From the NCBI GenBank assembly GCA_025201805.1, contig MU619246.1, positions 51,627 through 115,626 of the forward strand: 64,000 nucleotides of DNA, written 5' to 3'. The position numbers and the translations under genes were made by a program. The notes under the pieces were generated by a model. The model worked only from the letters and a program-made list of their open reading frames with translations. It did no database searches and had not been told where the DNA came from. This document shows positions 16,445 through 28,907 of the stretch, in pieces (positions within the stretch are counted from its first letter, which is position 1; every line of letters starts with the position of its first letter). The stretch is from Parasitella parasitica NRRL 2501 (taxonomy: Eukaryota > Fungi > Mucoromycota).

Positions 16445-18808
16445 TTATATACCAACAAGCATCATTAACAGATACCCAAATGTGGAAATGCAAATCATGA
16501 TCAAGACACTGCAAGGCACACCATTTCTAATGAAATCTCTAGTCTTCAGGTAAGGTTCGCCAATGGCATTTTCTTGTGAGATGGCTGTCATGTTAGGAAA
16601 CCCTGATACTGGCAGCCCCATTGCTGCTGAGCACACAAAAGCTGTTCCCATCACAAGCAATCTAGGGTTGGGATCAGTCAACTGGGCACCTATTTTTGCG
16701 ACAATAGGCAATACAATCAGAGCCGCAACAGTATGGCTAATAAATGTAGCAATTACGAGTACCAGGCAGCTGAAAATAAACAAGACCTCGAAAGAAGAGA
16801 GGCCCATCACATGCTCCGAAATCTGGAGTGCAATTGTATGTAACAAGCCCGAGCTTTCCACGGCTTTCCCCAATGCAATGCCTCCCATGGCAAGTATGAT
16901 TACGTTCCATAAGAAGCTGTTGAACTCGTCCTTGGTCAAGACACCAGCGCCGAAAAATGCAATCAGGGGAATGATGGCAATGACACCCATATCACCCAAG
17001 ATGTCACGATAGGTATGCGCGATGCACCACAGTACGATTGTGAACAGTGTGACACAGACCACAAAATACTGTATTGGGGTCATTTTGAAACCGGTGTTTG
17101 TTGTTGTTGATTTCGTGATCTCATGCTCATCATTCTTGATTTGATAAGACTGCAAGAGCCAAAGCCAAACAATGCAATTACCCAGCAAACAAAGTGGCAC
17201 CGATACACAAAACCAATCTGTCCACGAAGGCGGAGGCGACATGTTTTGGATGGCAATCACGTTTTGGGGAGATGCAATGGGAGATGCGATGCCACCCAAG
17301 TTGGAAGCTAGTGCAATCCCCATAATTAAGGATCGGCCAAACGGCGACCCTGCTGGTAGTGTGCGTAGGATAGGCTGGATCAGCGACAAACACAAAACAG
17401 GAGCTGCTACATTGCTGATCCACATGCTAGCCATGGAGGCCACCAACATGTTTACCAGCAATACTCGAGACGGACGAGTGCCTGCCTTGGACAGCACAAA
17501 AGAAGCCAGCGCTTTCGCAATGCCATACTTGTTGAGCGCAGCAGCTATCGCAAATCCACCCAAGAGCAGCATAATCACAGGCGACAACATGGAAGCAAAC
17601 ACAGCTTTGGACGCATCCATTGCACTTAACCTGTGATACACAATAGTGCCATCTGAAGCTTCTTGCTCTATCCGAATCACACGCAAGACGATAGCTAAAA
17701 AGGGGACCAGTAAAGCTGTGACAAACAATGGCATCAGCTGAATGTGCATTGTGTGTTAGTATCCGTATGTACGTTATATAAGGATATATTTACCTCAGTA
17801 GCCCATAGAACACTGGAAAAGACCAGAATGGCAAAGCACCTGCGCTGCTCTATGTGCTCGAACAAGGAGCTGTTGATCAAATAGACAAACAGCGCCAAGC
17901 TTGATGCCAAGCAGAACCACTTTTTCAGCTCAAAGCCTACTACCTCAGTGTCCTTTTCCTCTTCTTTGACCGATACATTCGCTAGTCGACGTTCTTGCTC
18001 AATACCTTCTCTCCAACTCAGCCCCCTGTCTTGTTTTAACCTTTCATGCAAGCAAGTGCTCAAGTCAACTGATTTTATATGTTGTTCGTTGTAGATGACC
18101 TCAACCTGTTGAATAAGCTCGTCTAAATGCTGACAGGTGGCTGGATTGAAGGGATGAGATTTCAAAAGTGTCGTGCAGGTATACGGCTTGCTGAGTTTGG
18201 CACTCATTAGTCTGTCGTACTTTTTCAAGATCTTGGCAAAGGCAGTCTGATTCAGGTACACAAAAGATTTAAGCTTTGACAAATAGATGTATAAATCGAC
18301 CAAGCGCTGGCCATCTTGCTGTTGATAGTAGTTGCTAGGTTGCACCATCGTATCCGCAGTAGACCCTTGTTCGTCGTCGAGACTGCAACTAGAAGAGGAG
18401 GCAGGTAATGATAGGTGAGGGCCAGCATCTATAAAAGGCTCATGGATGACAATGGCGATGGGGGCTGTCGTCGAGTGCGTCAGGATGTGATCCAACTCAG
18501 CATTGGCTTCGCTCTCTTTTTCAGTGTAAAATTGCGTTATATCAGCAAGCGATTTGTCTAATGCCTTGGCAAAGGCAGAATTGTCTTTGTCGTTGGCAGA
18601 TAGGAGAGCGGTGTTCTCGGTCAGAGATGCCGCTTTCTCCCTCTCCATCTTGTAGATCAATGATTTCAGAGTCGCATAGCTAAAGTCAGCAGAAAATTAG
18701 TGTACAGGCAACGAGTAAATGGACCCCACACACACACACACTCACGGCAAGTAATGGTCAAACCACTCAGGTACGGCGTTAAATTGCATGTGTCGAGAAA
18801 AGCTCATT
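16445..18808 (-). CDS. SPX-domain low-affinity phosphate transporter (Pho87/Pho90/Pho91 family), 3 exons
   Basis: N-terminus MSFSRHMQFNAVPEW, SPX FAKILKKYD, SLC13-type motifs SMWISNVAAP, SPIASPQN, GLPVSGFPN. Confidence 0.92.
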
Positions 18809-18891
18809 GTTTTAAGAGGATACAGAAGATAAGAAAGAGGCAAATCAAACGAAACCCACGTCTTTTTATTTGTTATTGCACAATGTTTGTC

Positions 18892-19877
18892 TCAAGGCTT
18901 ATTATAAATCTTTTCCTCTTTACCCTGAGATTGTGCTGCCCATCTTGCAGCATTAAATAAGAAATCACTTAATCTTTGATGTAACATCAAGGGGGAGGGG
19001 GAGGAGGAGGATAAAAAAAAAATAGATGTCATAATACAATTAGTAAAAACAAACAAACAAAACAGAGTGATGGAAGTTTCTTATTACCTGTTTAAAAATA
19101 TGGCAACTGAATCATCGCAAAGCTGGTCTCGAACCAGAGGCTGAACTCGTCTTTCTGCACGACGACATACAGAGCGGGCAACATGCAAACTCGCGCTTGG
19201 TTTTCCTCCGCTGGGCAAGATGAATTTGGTGAGTTTTGGTAACTGCTGATCATACTCGTCAATCCAATCCTCCAGCTCCTTTACATGGCTCCCTTCGGCG
19301 TCGAATCTAGTGCGTGCTTTTTTTTTTATTCGGGTTGGCTTTTAGACAGTGCTATTGTAAAGGCATGTACATGTATGTTCTATACCTAATCGAGCTTCAT
19401 TAGATTGCTCACGAGGTGTCGCAAGGTTAGAGCCTACGTCTTGCAAGAGACATTGAATCTGCAAGGCAAAAATGTTCAGCATTATCCTGTTCACTGTGTA
19501 ATGATGTATCCACTCTTCTTTACTTTTGTCAACTGTTCAATTAGTCCATTTCCCCAAGCAGCTTCTTCCAGAAATTCCATTGCAAGCCTATCTCCCTTTC
19601 TGCATTACTACTACTACACGTACAATGCATCCATATCACATATAGTACCCGAGATTTGATGTCAGTTCGTCCGTTGTGCCTATGCGCTATCAGCAAGTGG
19701 TTTTTCTCTTTTTTGTCTAAATTGTATGCTTTACCTAATGCTTCAAATATCTCGTCGTCTTTGTCTCTGCGCTCTCCATTATACAGACTGGATGTGCCTT
19801 TGCTTCATTCAATACACCGCACCGTTACGGATATTTGGACACATACCTTTATCCCCGGTTTTCGTATAGATTTTCAT
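18892..19877 (-). CDS. MMAB: ATP:cob(I)alamin adenosyltransferase (PduO/MMAB type), 7 short exons, not in the ORF track
   Basis: Manual splice gives [66 protein letters not shown]../..[42 protein letters not shown]. Confidence 0.93.
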
Positions 19878-20287
19878 TTCCAAGATGGAATCAAAACCAA
19901 CTTTTTTGCGTGTCTCGAACCCTTGTTACCCCAGTTTATGAGCGCGTTCTAGTGGTACAACAAAGGCTGGACTCAGCCAGATAATTTCATGTGAGCCTTG
20001 TCACTGATAGTTTTTCAGGTCAAACAGTAATGTGTTGCCAGATGAAAAAAAAAATCATCAGCGTACTAGAGATCTTTTGTTAAATCTATTCAAAGCTCAA
20101 ACTCTAATCTTCCTTGCTTTCGCACTGACTAAAAAACCCTTTAAAAAAGCTAAAAAATAATAATGAAAGCCAGTTTTTCCCAGAACCTGTCGAATGACGA
20201 ATTATTGAAACATACAGAAATTTCTAAATATATAATCGAACTGATCGTGTTAGGCTTTCTTTTTCGAAATCCATCACAGTTTGAAAA

Positions 20288-20860
20288 ATGACAACACAAC
20301 AAGAAAAATCAGAGAAGCAAAAAATGATGGCTGGTGAGTGGTATCATCCCGGCCACAAGGAGCTCTGTGACGACAGACAACATTGCCAAGAGCTCTTGAA
20401 GCAATACAACAACTTGCCCAACGGTGAAGAACGCACGCAGGTTGCTCGCAAGATATTTGGCTCTTATGGAGAAAAATCATTCATCAACCCCGCTGTCAAG
20501 TGCGACTATGGCTACAATATATTCATCGGAAAGAACGTCGAGATCAATTATGATTGTGTATTTTTGGACATCGGTAAGATTGTCATTGAGGATCATGTTT
20601 TTATGGGCCCTGGTGTTCATATCTATGCCGTGAACCACCCTCTGGATCCTACGCAAAGAAAGACAGGTCTAGAGATTGGCAAAGATGTTACTGTTGGTAA
20701 TGGCGTTTGGATTGGTGGTGGAGCAATCATTTGCCCTGGTGTCACTATTGGCGCAGGAACGACAATTGGCGCTGGATCTGTTGTCACAAAGAACATACCT
20801 GCCAACGTACTTGCTGTCGGAAACCCTTGCAAGGTTATTAAGGAGATCACACCTTCATAG
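20288..20860 (+). CDS. Maltose/galactoside O-acetyltransferase (hexapeptide repeat), intronless
   Basis: SEKQKMMAGEWY, CDYGYNI, HPLDP, WIGG, IGAGSVVTK, VGNPCKVIK. Confidence 0.92.
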   Translation: MTTQQEKSEKQKMMAGEWYHPGHKELCDDRQHCQELLKQYNNLPNGEERTQVARKIFGSYGEKSFINPAVKCDYGYNIFIGKNVEINYDCVFLDIGKIVIEDHVFMGPGVHIYAVNHPLDPTQRKTGLEIGKDVTVGNGVWIGGGAIICPGVTIGAGTTIGAGSVVTKNIPANVLAVGNPCKVIKEITPS

Positions 20861-21004
20861 ATGCAATAAATTTTTTGGTTCAATGAACTCTGTTGCGCAC
20901 ACATGTAATGCAACGATTTTTATTCTCAGAGAACACAACAGCCACCATGTAAAACAAGGGCCAAATCTTTCAAATAAACGCTTGTTTATTCCTACTTTCA
21001 TAAA

Positions 21005-22069
21005 ATGACTCGTCCCATCATACGGATCAAGAGATCCTTGCCTTTTTATACACAGAAATCAGTGTCATACCGATTGAAACTTACACGGCCACTATCCCTA
21101 TCGCTCGTAAACGATAAAAGAGAGCACGCCCTTTGGTCAACTGCACCAATCACCAGCATGACAATAATCAATGACACAACCACTGACACCGCATTGCCTG
21201 CTGTCCTAGCTGCCAATGAATCTATTCTGTACAGCATACACAATACAGGGATGCCTTGGTGGGCTACTATCGCTGCTAGCACCTTGTTATTAAGAACAAC
21301 CATGACATTACCAATCGCAATCTACCAGCAGCGCAGTATAGGAACAATGATCAATTTAGCACCCATGGTCCAAAGCTGGGCAGAGACTCTCAAAGTCCAG
21401 TTGGCCAAGGAAAATAGACAGCATGGCTGGCCATACCAGAAATACCAGCAGGAGTTGCAAAAGCAATACAGACGAAAAGTAAAATCAATATATGCACATC
21501 ACGGTTGCGCGCGCTGGAAGCTACTCTTGTTGCCATGGATACAAATACCTCTGTTTGTGTCCATGTCCTTGACACTGAGGCATTTGACAGCCTATCCGTT
21601 GCCTTGGCTGGGACAGACATCGGACCTGCCAGCGTCAGGATTATCAGATGGTGGGTTGGCTTGGTTTGTGGATTTGACAGCCGTAGACCCAACTATGGCC
21701 GTTCCCATCATGATAGGTGCTGGTAACCTAATCAACGTAGAGGTAAGCTTGTTAACAAGCGTTCATTTGTTCACTATAGATTTACATACATATACGTCCA
21801 CCTAGTTGAATGCTTGGTATGCAAGAGGAATTCAAGACAAAAGACAAAAAATCATGACCAATGCGTTCAGAGTCCTTTCAGTTGCGTTTGTTCCTATAGC
21901 AGCCAATGCTCCCATGGCCATTGGTCTCTACTGGCTATCATCAGCATGGTATAGTGTAGTCCAGAACATTGCATTTAAGATACCTCAAGTAAGAGCTGCT
22001 TTAAAGATGCCTTTATTAAATGCTCAAAAAAAAGGTGGATTGGATAATAAAGAAAACCTCAGTGTTTGA
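21005..22069 (+). CDS. COX18: Oxa1/YidC-family mitochondrial insertase, Cox18-like; intron 21743-21805
   Basis: GMPWWATIAASTLLLR..TLP, QIPLFVSMS, WFVDLTAVDP, LYWLSSA..QN; basic presequence. Confidence 0.85.
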
Positions 22070-23852
22070 TAAGATAGTCTTTGCTGTAGTCAACCTTTTT
22101 GCTCAACATGAAAAAGAAACTGGTTACAGTCTTTGGCCAAAGGAATTGGATCTCGCCTGCTTGCTTGCTAAGGTACCACGATTTGCAGCCTGTGGTCCAT
22201 GTTGTTCCTTTAAAGTCTTTTTGCAGCTGAGCAGAAAACTCTTCTTGCACGTGCTTTTTAGGATCCATGCATTTGATATTGTTCTTGAGCATGTACTCAA
22301 CCAATTTGATTCCATAGTCAATCTGACTGTATTAACATTATTCAAGGTTAATAGATTTGGACACACGTATATGCGCACTTTACGAAACACGCTTACCATT
22401 CGATCATTGTGACAACAGAATTATGTCCAAGGCCAGATCCAGGACCAAGCATCATGAAAAAGTTGGGAAATCCATGGATATTCACAGTTTTATAAGTATT
22501 TGTGCTACTTTCATCCCACAACTTGTTCAGATGCACGCCATTGCGGCCATACACTTGCATATGGCCCAAGAATCCGTTAACATTGAATCCTGTCGCTAAA
22601 CAAAGCACATCCACCTTCGTTTTCCCCCCATCTATTGTGGTAATTGTTTGGCCTTGGACACTTGCAATAGGCAAAGTATTGACTGTAACGTTACTTTGAC
22701 ACAACGCTTGCAAATAGTCGTCAGAAATGCCAACACGCTTGCATCCTGGCCTGATATCTGGGATAAGCATGTCGATCAAATCAGATCGACCTTGGGATAC
22801 AAGCACCTGCGTCATATGCTTTTCTAATCTTTTTCTGAAAAGCTTTGCGAACCATGAATTAGCATCGCCCCAAGCGCTAAATCGAAGCTCACGTATAAAG
22901 AATTGATAGGCTCGGTACATTCGCATGAAGAAGGGGATGAAATTGAACAACTTCTTGGTGAAACCGGAGTAGTGGTAATTGTTGCGAGGACTAATCCACG
23001 TTGGCGTGCGAAGGTAATTGTGGAGATGTGCTGTTTTGGAAGCCAAATTGGGTACAATTTGCACAGAGCTATGTATATAGTGTTAGATTACAACGTTAAT
23101 TCTTGTACAGAAATGTATGCCTCGTATAACATGCCTTGTTCCACTACCAACGACAGCTACTGTCTTGCCTGTAAAGTCATAATCATGATCCCAATACGCA
23201 GAGTGAACAATTTTCCCTTGGAAAGATTGGAATTCTTTGGGTATATTTGGGACACGAATAGCTCCTACACCTGAAAAGCTGTACAATATGTTTATTAGAT
23301 GGAAGAGAACAAAATTTTGTATCATATTTACATGTAGTTATAGCGTCTGATTTGCATTTCTTTAGATCCACTTGTTTTCAATTTGATTTCCCATTCATTT
23401 GCCTCTTCTATCCATGTAGCACAAACCACTTCCGTATTGAATTGCGTTTGCTCGTAAATGCCGTGTTTTTTAGCAACATTGCGCATGTATTCGTGAATCT
23501 CCTTTTGGCCACTATACTGTTGACTCCAATCTACATAAATTGACAAAATTACTATATACTCCGGTGCAAATGCTTAAAAGACACTCACTAGGATTCAACT
23601 CAAAACTGAACGAGTACAGATGGCTGGGAACATCGCAGGCACAGCCGGGATACTGATTGTAATGCCACGTTCCCCCAATATCCTCGGTGGACTCAAAAAT
23701 ATCGGCAGAGAGATTTAACCTTTTTTTGAGCTGAATAGCTGTAACCATGCCGCTAAAGCTAATTCATGGAGCATAAGATAAATATGTTTCACTGAAATAT
23801 AATCAAAAAGCAATTACCCTGAGCCTATGATGGCAATTCTTGGATGAACCAT
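22059..23852 (-). CDS. Type I Baeyer-Villiger/flavin monooxygenase, ~6 exons
   Basis: IAIIGSGFSG, GGTWHYNQYPGCACDVPSHLYSFSF, fingerprint FQGKIVHSAYWD, second Rossmann motif VAVVGSG, LATGF. Confidence 0.9.
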
Positions 23853-25641
23853 GGCGATCTAATACAAGAAAGAAAATGAAAAATTGCAGGATTTTCTGCA
23901 CCTGAATATATTTATACCTTCCATTAAATGCTAATAATTTACAAATGCACAAATATGGAATAGATTTGGTGATACAAGAGCAGTAAATGCTTGTTATTAT
24001 CCAGTTTTCTCAATTTCTTCTACGCCATGCAATGGTATATACATTTACAGAGTTTACGACGAATTGATATACATCAAACTCATAACCTTTCAGATGTTTA
24101 TAGCATGGTTTGAAAATATTCTATGCGTTTATTGAGATAGATATACATTTATGTTGCACTCATTAATGTCGATATCTGTGTGAATGCATCACATAATGTC
24201 TAACGCTCTTTTTATGGAAAGGGTTGCCCTCGTCCGAAAGGTTTAGGCATTTCATGAGAAAATATTTGTTATCGTGTTTGGCCGACCATATTTATTGTAA
24301 GTAGAGTCGACAAAATTAAGTTGAGCTAATGAAAATAAAATTTGGTCATTTCAAAATTGAATTGGGACACGGATGCGAAAATGGGACAAAGAGAAATAAA
24401 GACAGAATGTTAGTTTCTATGGATGAATCGTAATTGTAGCTTCTTACCTGCAAAACCTCCAAGCCGTCAACCCACCGAAGTGAGTCGAGGCAACCATATT
24501 GGAGGTGGCATGTTGTCTTTGAAAGACATATGGGGGCCATTACCACTTCAGTATCGCTGCCAGTAGTGTGGGAACTTTTTACTAAAGATTAAGAAAGGCC
24601 CAAAAAATAAAAAATAAGTAGCCTGGCACTGTAGTCATTAGCAAATCCTTAAATATAATTGATATGAATTTACAACTTTATTTTGACATATACTATGGTA
24701 CAAATTACTCTTTTTTACCTAATTTTTATAAAATGCAGTCTTCAAACTTGACTCTCCCTCGTTATATGCAATTTTTTGTGGCTCAAAAAACTCAAGGAAC
24801 ATGCTACTTTATAATTTTGACGGCTTGATTATCAACTCAAGACAGATCGCCACAGAATCAAAAGATGGTATTTTTAGTTCTTTTTTTAATATTGCAAAAC
24901 TCTATAACATGTGTGAGAATCATGGGCTAGTGTTTGCGCACAATATGTATGTCATTCCTGGGCGAAAAACAGTGCGGATAAATCATAGTTCATTTACTCC
25001 ATCAGTATTATTTATGTTTAGTATGGTAATTAATGGCTAGGTAGCAATATTAGCAATTAGAAATGCCAACCTTTGAAATTGATTTTGTAAATCGTTCTAG
25101 ACATTCTATCAATTAATTATACTCCATCACACTTGCATTTGGTTTGTGGCAAAAAAAACAGCCCATAAAAATGCAGTTTTATAATATATCTTTATTACGT
25201 TAAATGTGTTGGTTCAACATTATGCGGCAGTAAACTAAAATCTGGTTACCGTGTGGCTTTGAGCCAAGAACTTTGAATTATCGTAAAGAGTATTTGGTTT
25301 TAGTTTCTAAACTGTCCACCACATTCATTTACTAACAACTGTCACTATTTTCTTGAGCGTTCACTCTTTGCAAATGAGTGTTGAAGCATGATGTGAAATA
25401 GCAAAGGAGATCAAGGTGCTATAAGTTTGTCAAAATGCAATGATCTGGCGTTTTGAGAAAATAAGATTTCAGGGACCTATTTTGTTTTTGAATTATCGTT
25501 TCACAACTTGGAACAAAGCCAGATCAACATGACGTACAAACAACAACAACAGTATTGTTTACAAACAACCAAACGCGTTCATAAAGGAAAGCGTAGTATT
25601 TATTTAATTGATCGTTGACAATGAATGTAGAAGTGTTTATA

Positions 25642-26269
25642 TTAGTTTGATTCCTGATAGTTGTATTAATGAAAAAAGACCACATGTGAAGAAAAACAAT
25701 ATGCCTTACCATCATCTTGGAAAACTCCAGGTAGTCAATCCTTCCATCGCCATCCTTATCAGCTTCTTTAATCATTTCATCAAGCTCCTGAGAAGTCAAA
25801 GTTTGACCAAGATTTGCCATCACAGCGCGAAGTTCATCTGGTGTGATATAGCCATTTCCGTCCTTATCAAACACCTTGAAAGCTTCAACTAACTCATTTT
25901 CTGATTCCTTGCTGTTCTCTTTCATTCTATTTTGTATAGGACATTATTACCAACACTGCATTTGCTGCATGTTTTATTCTCATACCTGGAGACGATGGTC
26001 AAAAACTCGTCAAAGTCAATGGTGCCATTCTCATCAGCATCAACTTCATTAATCATATCTTTTAGCTCTTCCTCAGTAGGCTTTCGATTCAAGGAGCGCA
26101 TAACTTGGCCGAGTTCTTTGATATCAATAACACCATTACCATCTTTATCAAACAAACTAAAAGATTCGCGATATTCGCTCAGTTGTTGTTCGTTGAGTTG
26201 ATCAGACTGCAAGTACAATAATACAAAAAATCAGTAAAGATGAACGTTGTACAAAAGTTTACATACCAT
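25642..26269 (-). CDS. Calmodulin-like protein (divergent paralog), 4 exons with ATG-only first exon
   Basis: Four EF-hand loops [48 protein letters not shown]; ATG|GTATGT at 26269. Confidence 0.9.
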
Positions 26270-26311
26270 TTCAAAGTTAAAGAAAGTTATGAAAGAAAAA
26301 AAAAAAAAAAA

Positions 26312-26686
26312 NNNNNNNNNNNNNNNNNNNNNNNNNNNNNNNNNNNNNNNNNNNNNNNNNNNNNNNNNNNNNNNNNNNNNNNNNNNNNNNNNNNNNNNNN
26401 NNNNNNNNNNNNNNNNNNNNNNNNNNNNNNNNNNNNNNNNNNNNNNNNNNNNNNNNNNNNNNNNNNNNNNNNNNNNNNNNNNNNNNNNNNNNNNNNNNNN
26501 NNNNNNNNNNNNNNNNNNNNNNNNNNNNNNNNNNNNNNNNNNNNNNNNNNNNNNNNNNNNNNNNNNNNNNNNNNNNNNNNNNNNNNNNNNNNNNNNNNNN
26601 NNNNNNNNNNNNNNNNNNNNNNNNNNNNNNNNNNNNNNNNNNNNNNNNNNNNNNNNNNNNNNNNNNNNNNNNNNNNNNNNNNNNNN
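26312..26686. other. Assembly gap (N run); smaller gaps at 8001-8010, 11063-11102, 35878-35892
   Basis: N characters, each next to an A/T homopolymer. Confidence 1.
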
Positions 26687-27165
26687 GCCAAATTTGGTAT
26701 AATTATATAAGAGTTATATTATTATGGACATGCATCAAGTAAAGAGGAGAGAACTGTATTGACAAATTAATACAATTTTTCTTAAAAGAAAAAAAAAAGG
26801 GGGGGGGGATAGATTGGGATCACTTTTTAGATTTTATTTTCAAAAAAAATAAAAAAATATATGTATATATGTATATATCTCTATAATAGTTGAATTTATG
26901 ATGATGTTGTTGCGCATATTTAAAGGTCGAAAGTCAAATTTATGAGTTGTATCGTAGTTATTTACACTTTTTTCGTTAGTTCATGTCATGGTGTTGAATT
27001 TACGTTGATTTCTGCAAAAGAAGAAAACCCAGGGGTAAAGAGTGATGTGGTTGCTTTTTTTTTTTTGCATTTGCTTAATTTTAATATTTTGTAGTTGGCT
27101 GTGAGAGGCATAGTATAGTGTTGACAATGTATAATAAAATGTGCATGGGTGAATGATTGAGATGC

Positions 27166-28907
27166 TTAAAACGTTTGATAATGATTGATCGATGGATCTT
27201 CATCATCCGAACTATATAAGGATGAATTGTTGGATGGTAATTGATATGGCATAGTGAGTTGCTGTTGTATTAGCTGCTGCTGCTGCATTTGCTGATGTTG
27301 CAGCATATATGGAGGTGGTGCATCATTAGCGCTATAAACTTGATAATTGTTGGGATGAACAAAACATCCAGGACAGATGCATGAACTGCCATAGTAACAT
27401 GTCACGATACGAGTCACTGCAGGCTTTTCCTTGGCTACGGCTGCCTGCTGTTCCTGATTTGAGAGAAGATTAGAGAGTGGCGTAATCGTTATTACAACTG
27501 ATTCTCCTTGATCCACAATGGAAGAGGCTGGTGGACAGTTTGAGTGAGGTGTAAAGCTTCCACACAGTATAGTGGGCTGTTGTATATGCTGCTGAGAATT
27601 AGAGGATGATGTAGTTGTTGATCTCGTCATATCAATGCCTGCTGATGTTCCTGTGCGATTGAAGCTTTCACTACTGTTACTATTATTAGCACCAGCACCA
27701 GCACCAGCACCAATATTAGTAGCAGCTGAGGCTGTGTTGCCATTGTTGTTCATCAATACATTATTCAACATTGCAGTTAGTTCGTCAGGGTCTGTCATAA
27801 TAAAGCCGCCTAATTCGTTAGAGCTGCTGATCATGTCTGCATGGATCGAATTTGGTGAATGCGAGGACAAGTTGGAGGAAGACGTCGATGAAGCAGAAGA
27901 CACATTATCACCAGTTAGTGCGGATAAGCTATTGTCATTATTCGATACTGCGCCTTTGGATTCCATTTCGGTAAGCTGCTGTTGTTGATTGAACTGATCA
28001 GTCAACAGAAAAGGTTGCATATCCATCATCATATCATCTTGCTGATTTGTTTGGAAAGGCATGGACACTGGCGCTGAACCTGCAGTTGCGCTAGCAGGGT
28101 GAGAAATTGTAGATCGTCTGCTGTTGCTTCCACTATTGGTTGAGGATCTTCGGGTCAGAGATGATCTACGTCTGGGAGACTTTGTTTGACCATCAAGGAA
28201 CCGGAGACTGGATGAGCTATGCGACTTTTGAAAGTTGTATGACCCAAGCCCGTTTTCCTCAATCATTAAACCCCGAGATCTGGCATTTAGCATAGGAGGA
28301 GTTTCTTGTAACTGTTGCTGGTGTGAATTAGAGTGAGCAGAACTCCAGCTTTCTTTGGGATAAAGTATCTTTGTGGCCGTCTCATGGCATGTACACTGAG
28401 AGGGAGGAAGAAGAGTAGTAGGGATTTGCTGGCCATCGGTCTGAATCAAATCTGAATAGGCAACGCTACCGCCGCTCTGCTCTTCTGAAAAGAAGGATTT
28501 GTTTGATGGACATTGATAACATTTTTTCTTGTGGTGTTTCTGCTGTGATGTGGCTGTGATTTCAATATCTAATAGACGTAATATGCCACTGTAAATCAAC
28601 TTGTATATATGTTTGCTACATAGTCTATGTGCTTACTTTTTGACTTGTCTGTGCACGAACATTTGATATGAACCTGTCTTGTTTTTCTGAGATCTCTGCA
28701 AAATGAGCATTGGGTAACTGGTCTTCCTTTTTTGCGAATTTCAAATAGAGGCCGTTCGATGTGATTGCAATTGGAAGATCGATGGCCCTAATTTTTTTTT
28801 CATGTAAATTAGCAAACAAATAGCAGCAGCAGCAGCAGCAGCAGCAAAATCAATGGTCGTACCTTGACACATGTATTACATGCAAATTTAATGCCGTTGA
28901 TAAGCAT
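27166..28907 (-). CDS. Copper-fist transcription factor (Mac1/Cuf1/Ace1 family), 3 exons
   Basis: MLINGIKFACNTCVK/GHRSSNCNHIERPLFEIRKKGRPVTQCSFCRDLRK..HIKCSC; C-terminal Cys-rich motif CYYGSSCICPGCFVH. Confidence 0.9.

Noticed and set aside
26240-26710. Long X-containing ORFs
   Set aside because: Assembly gap.
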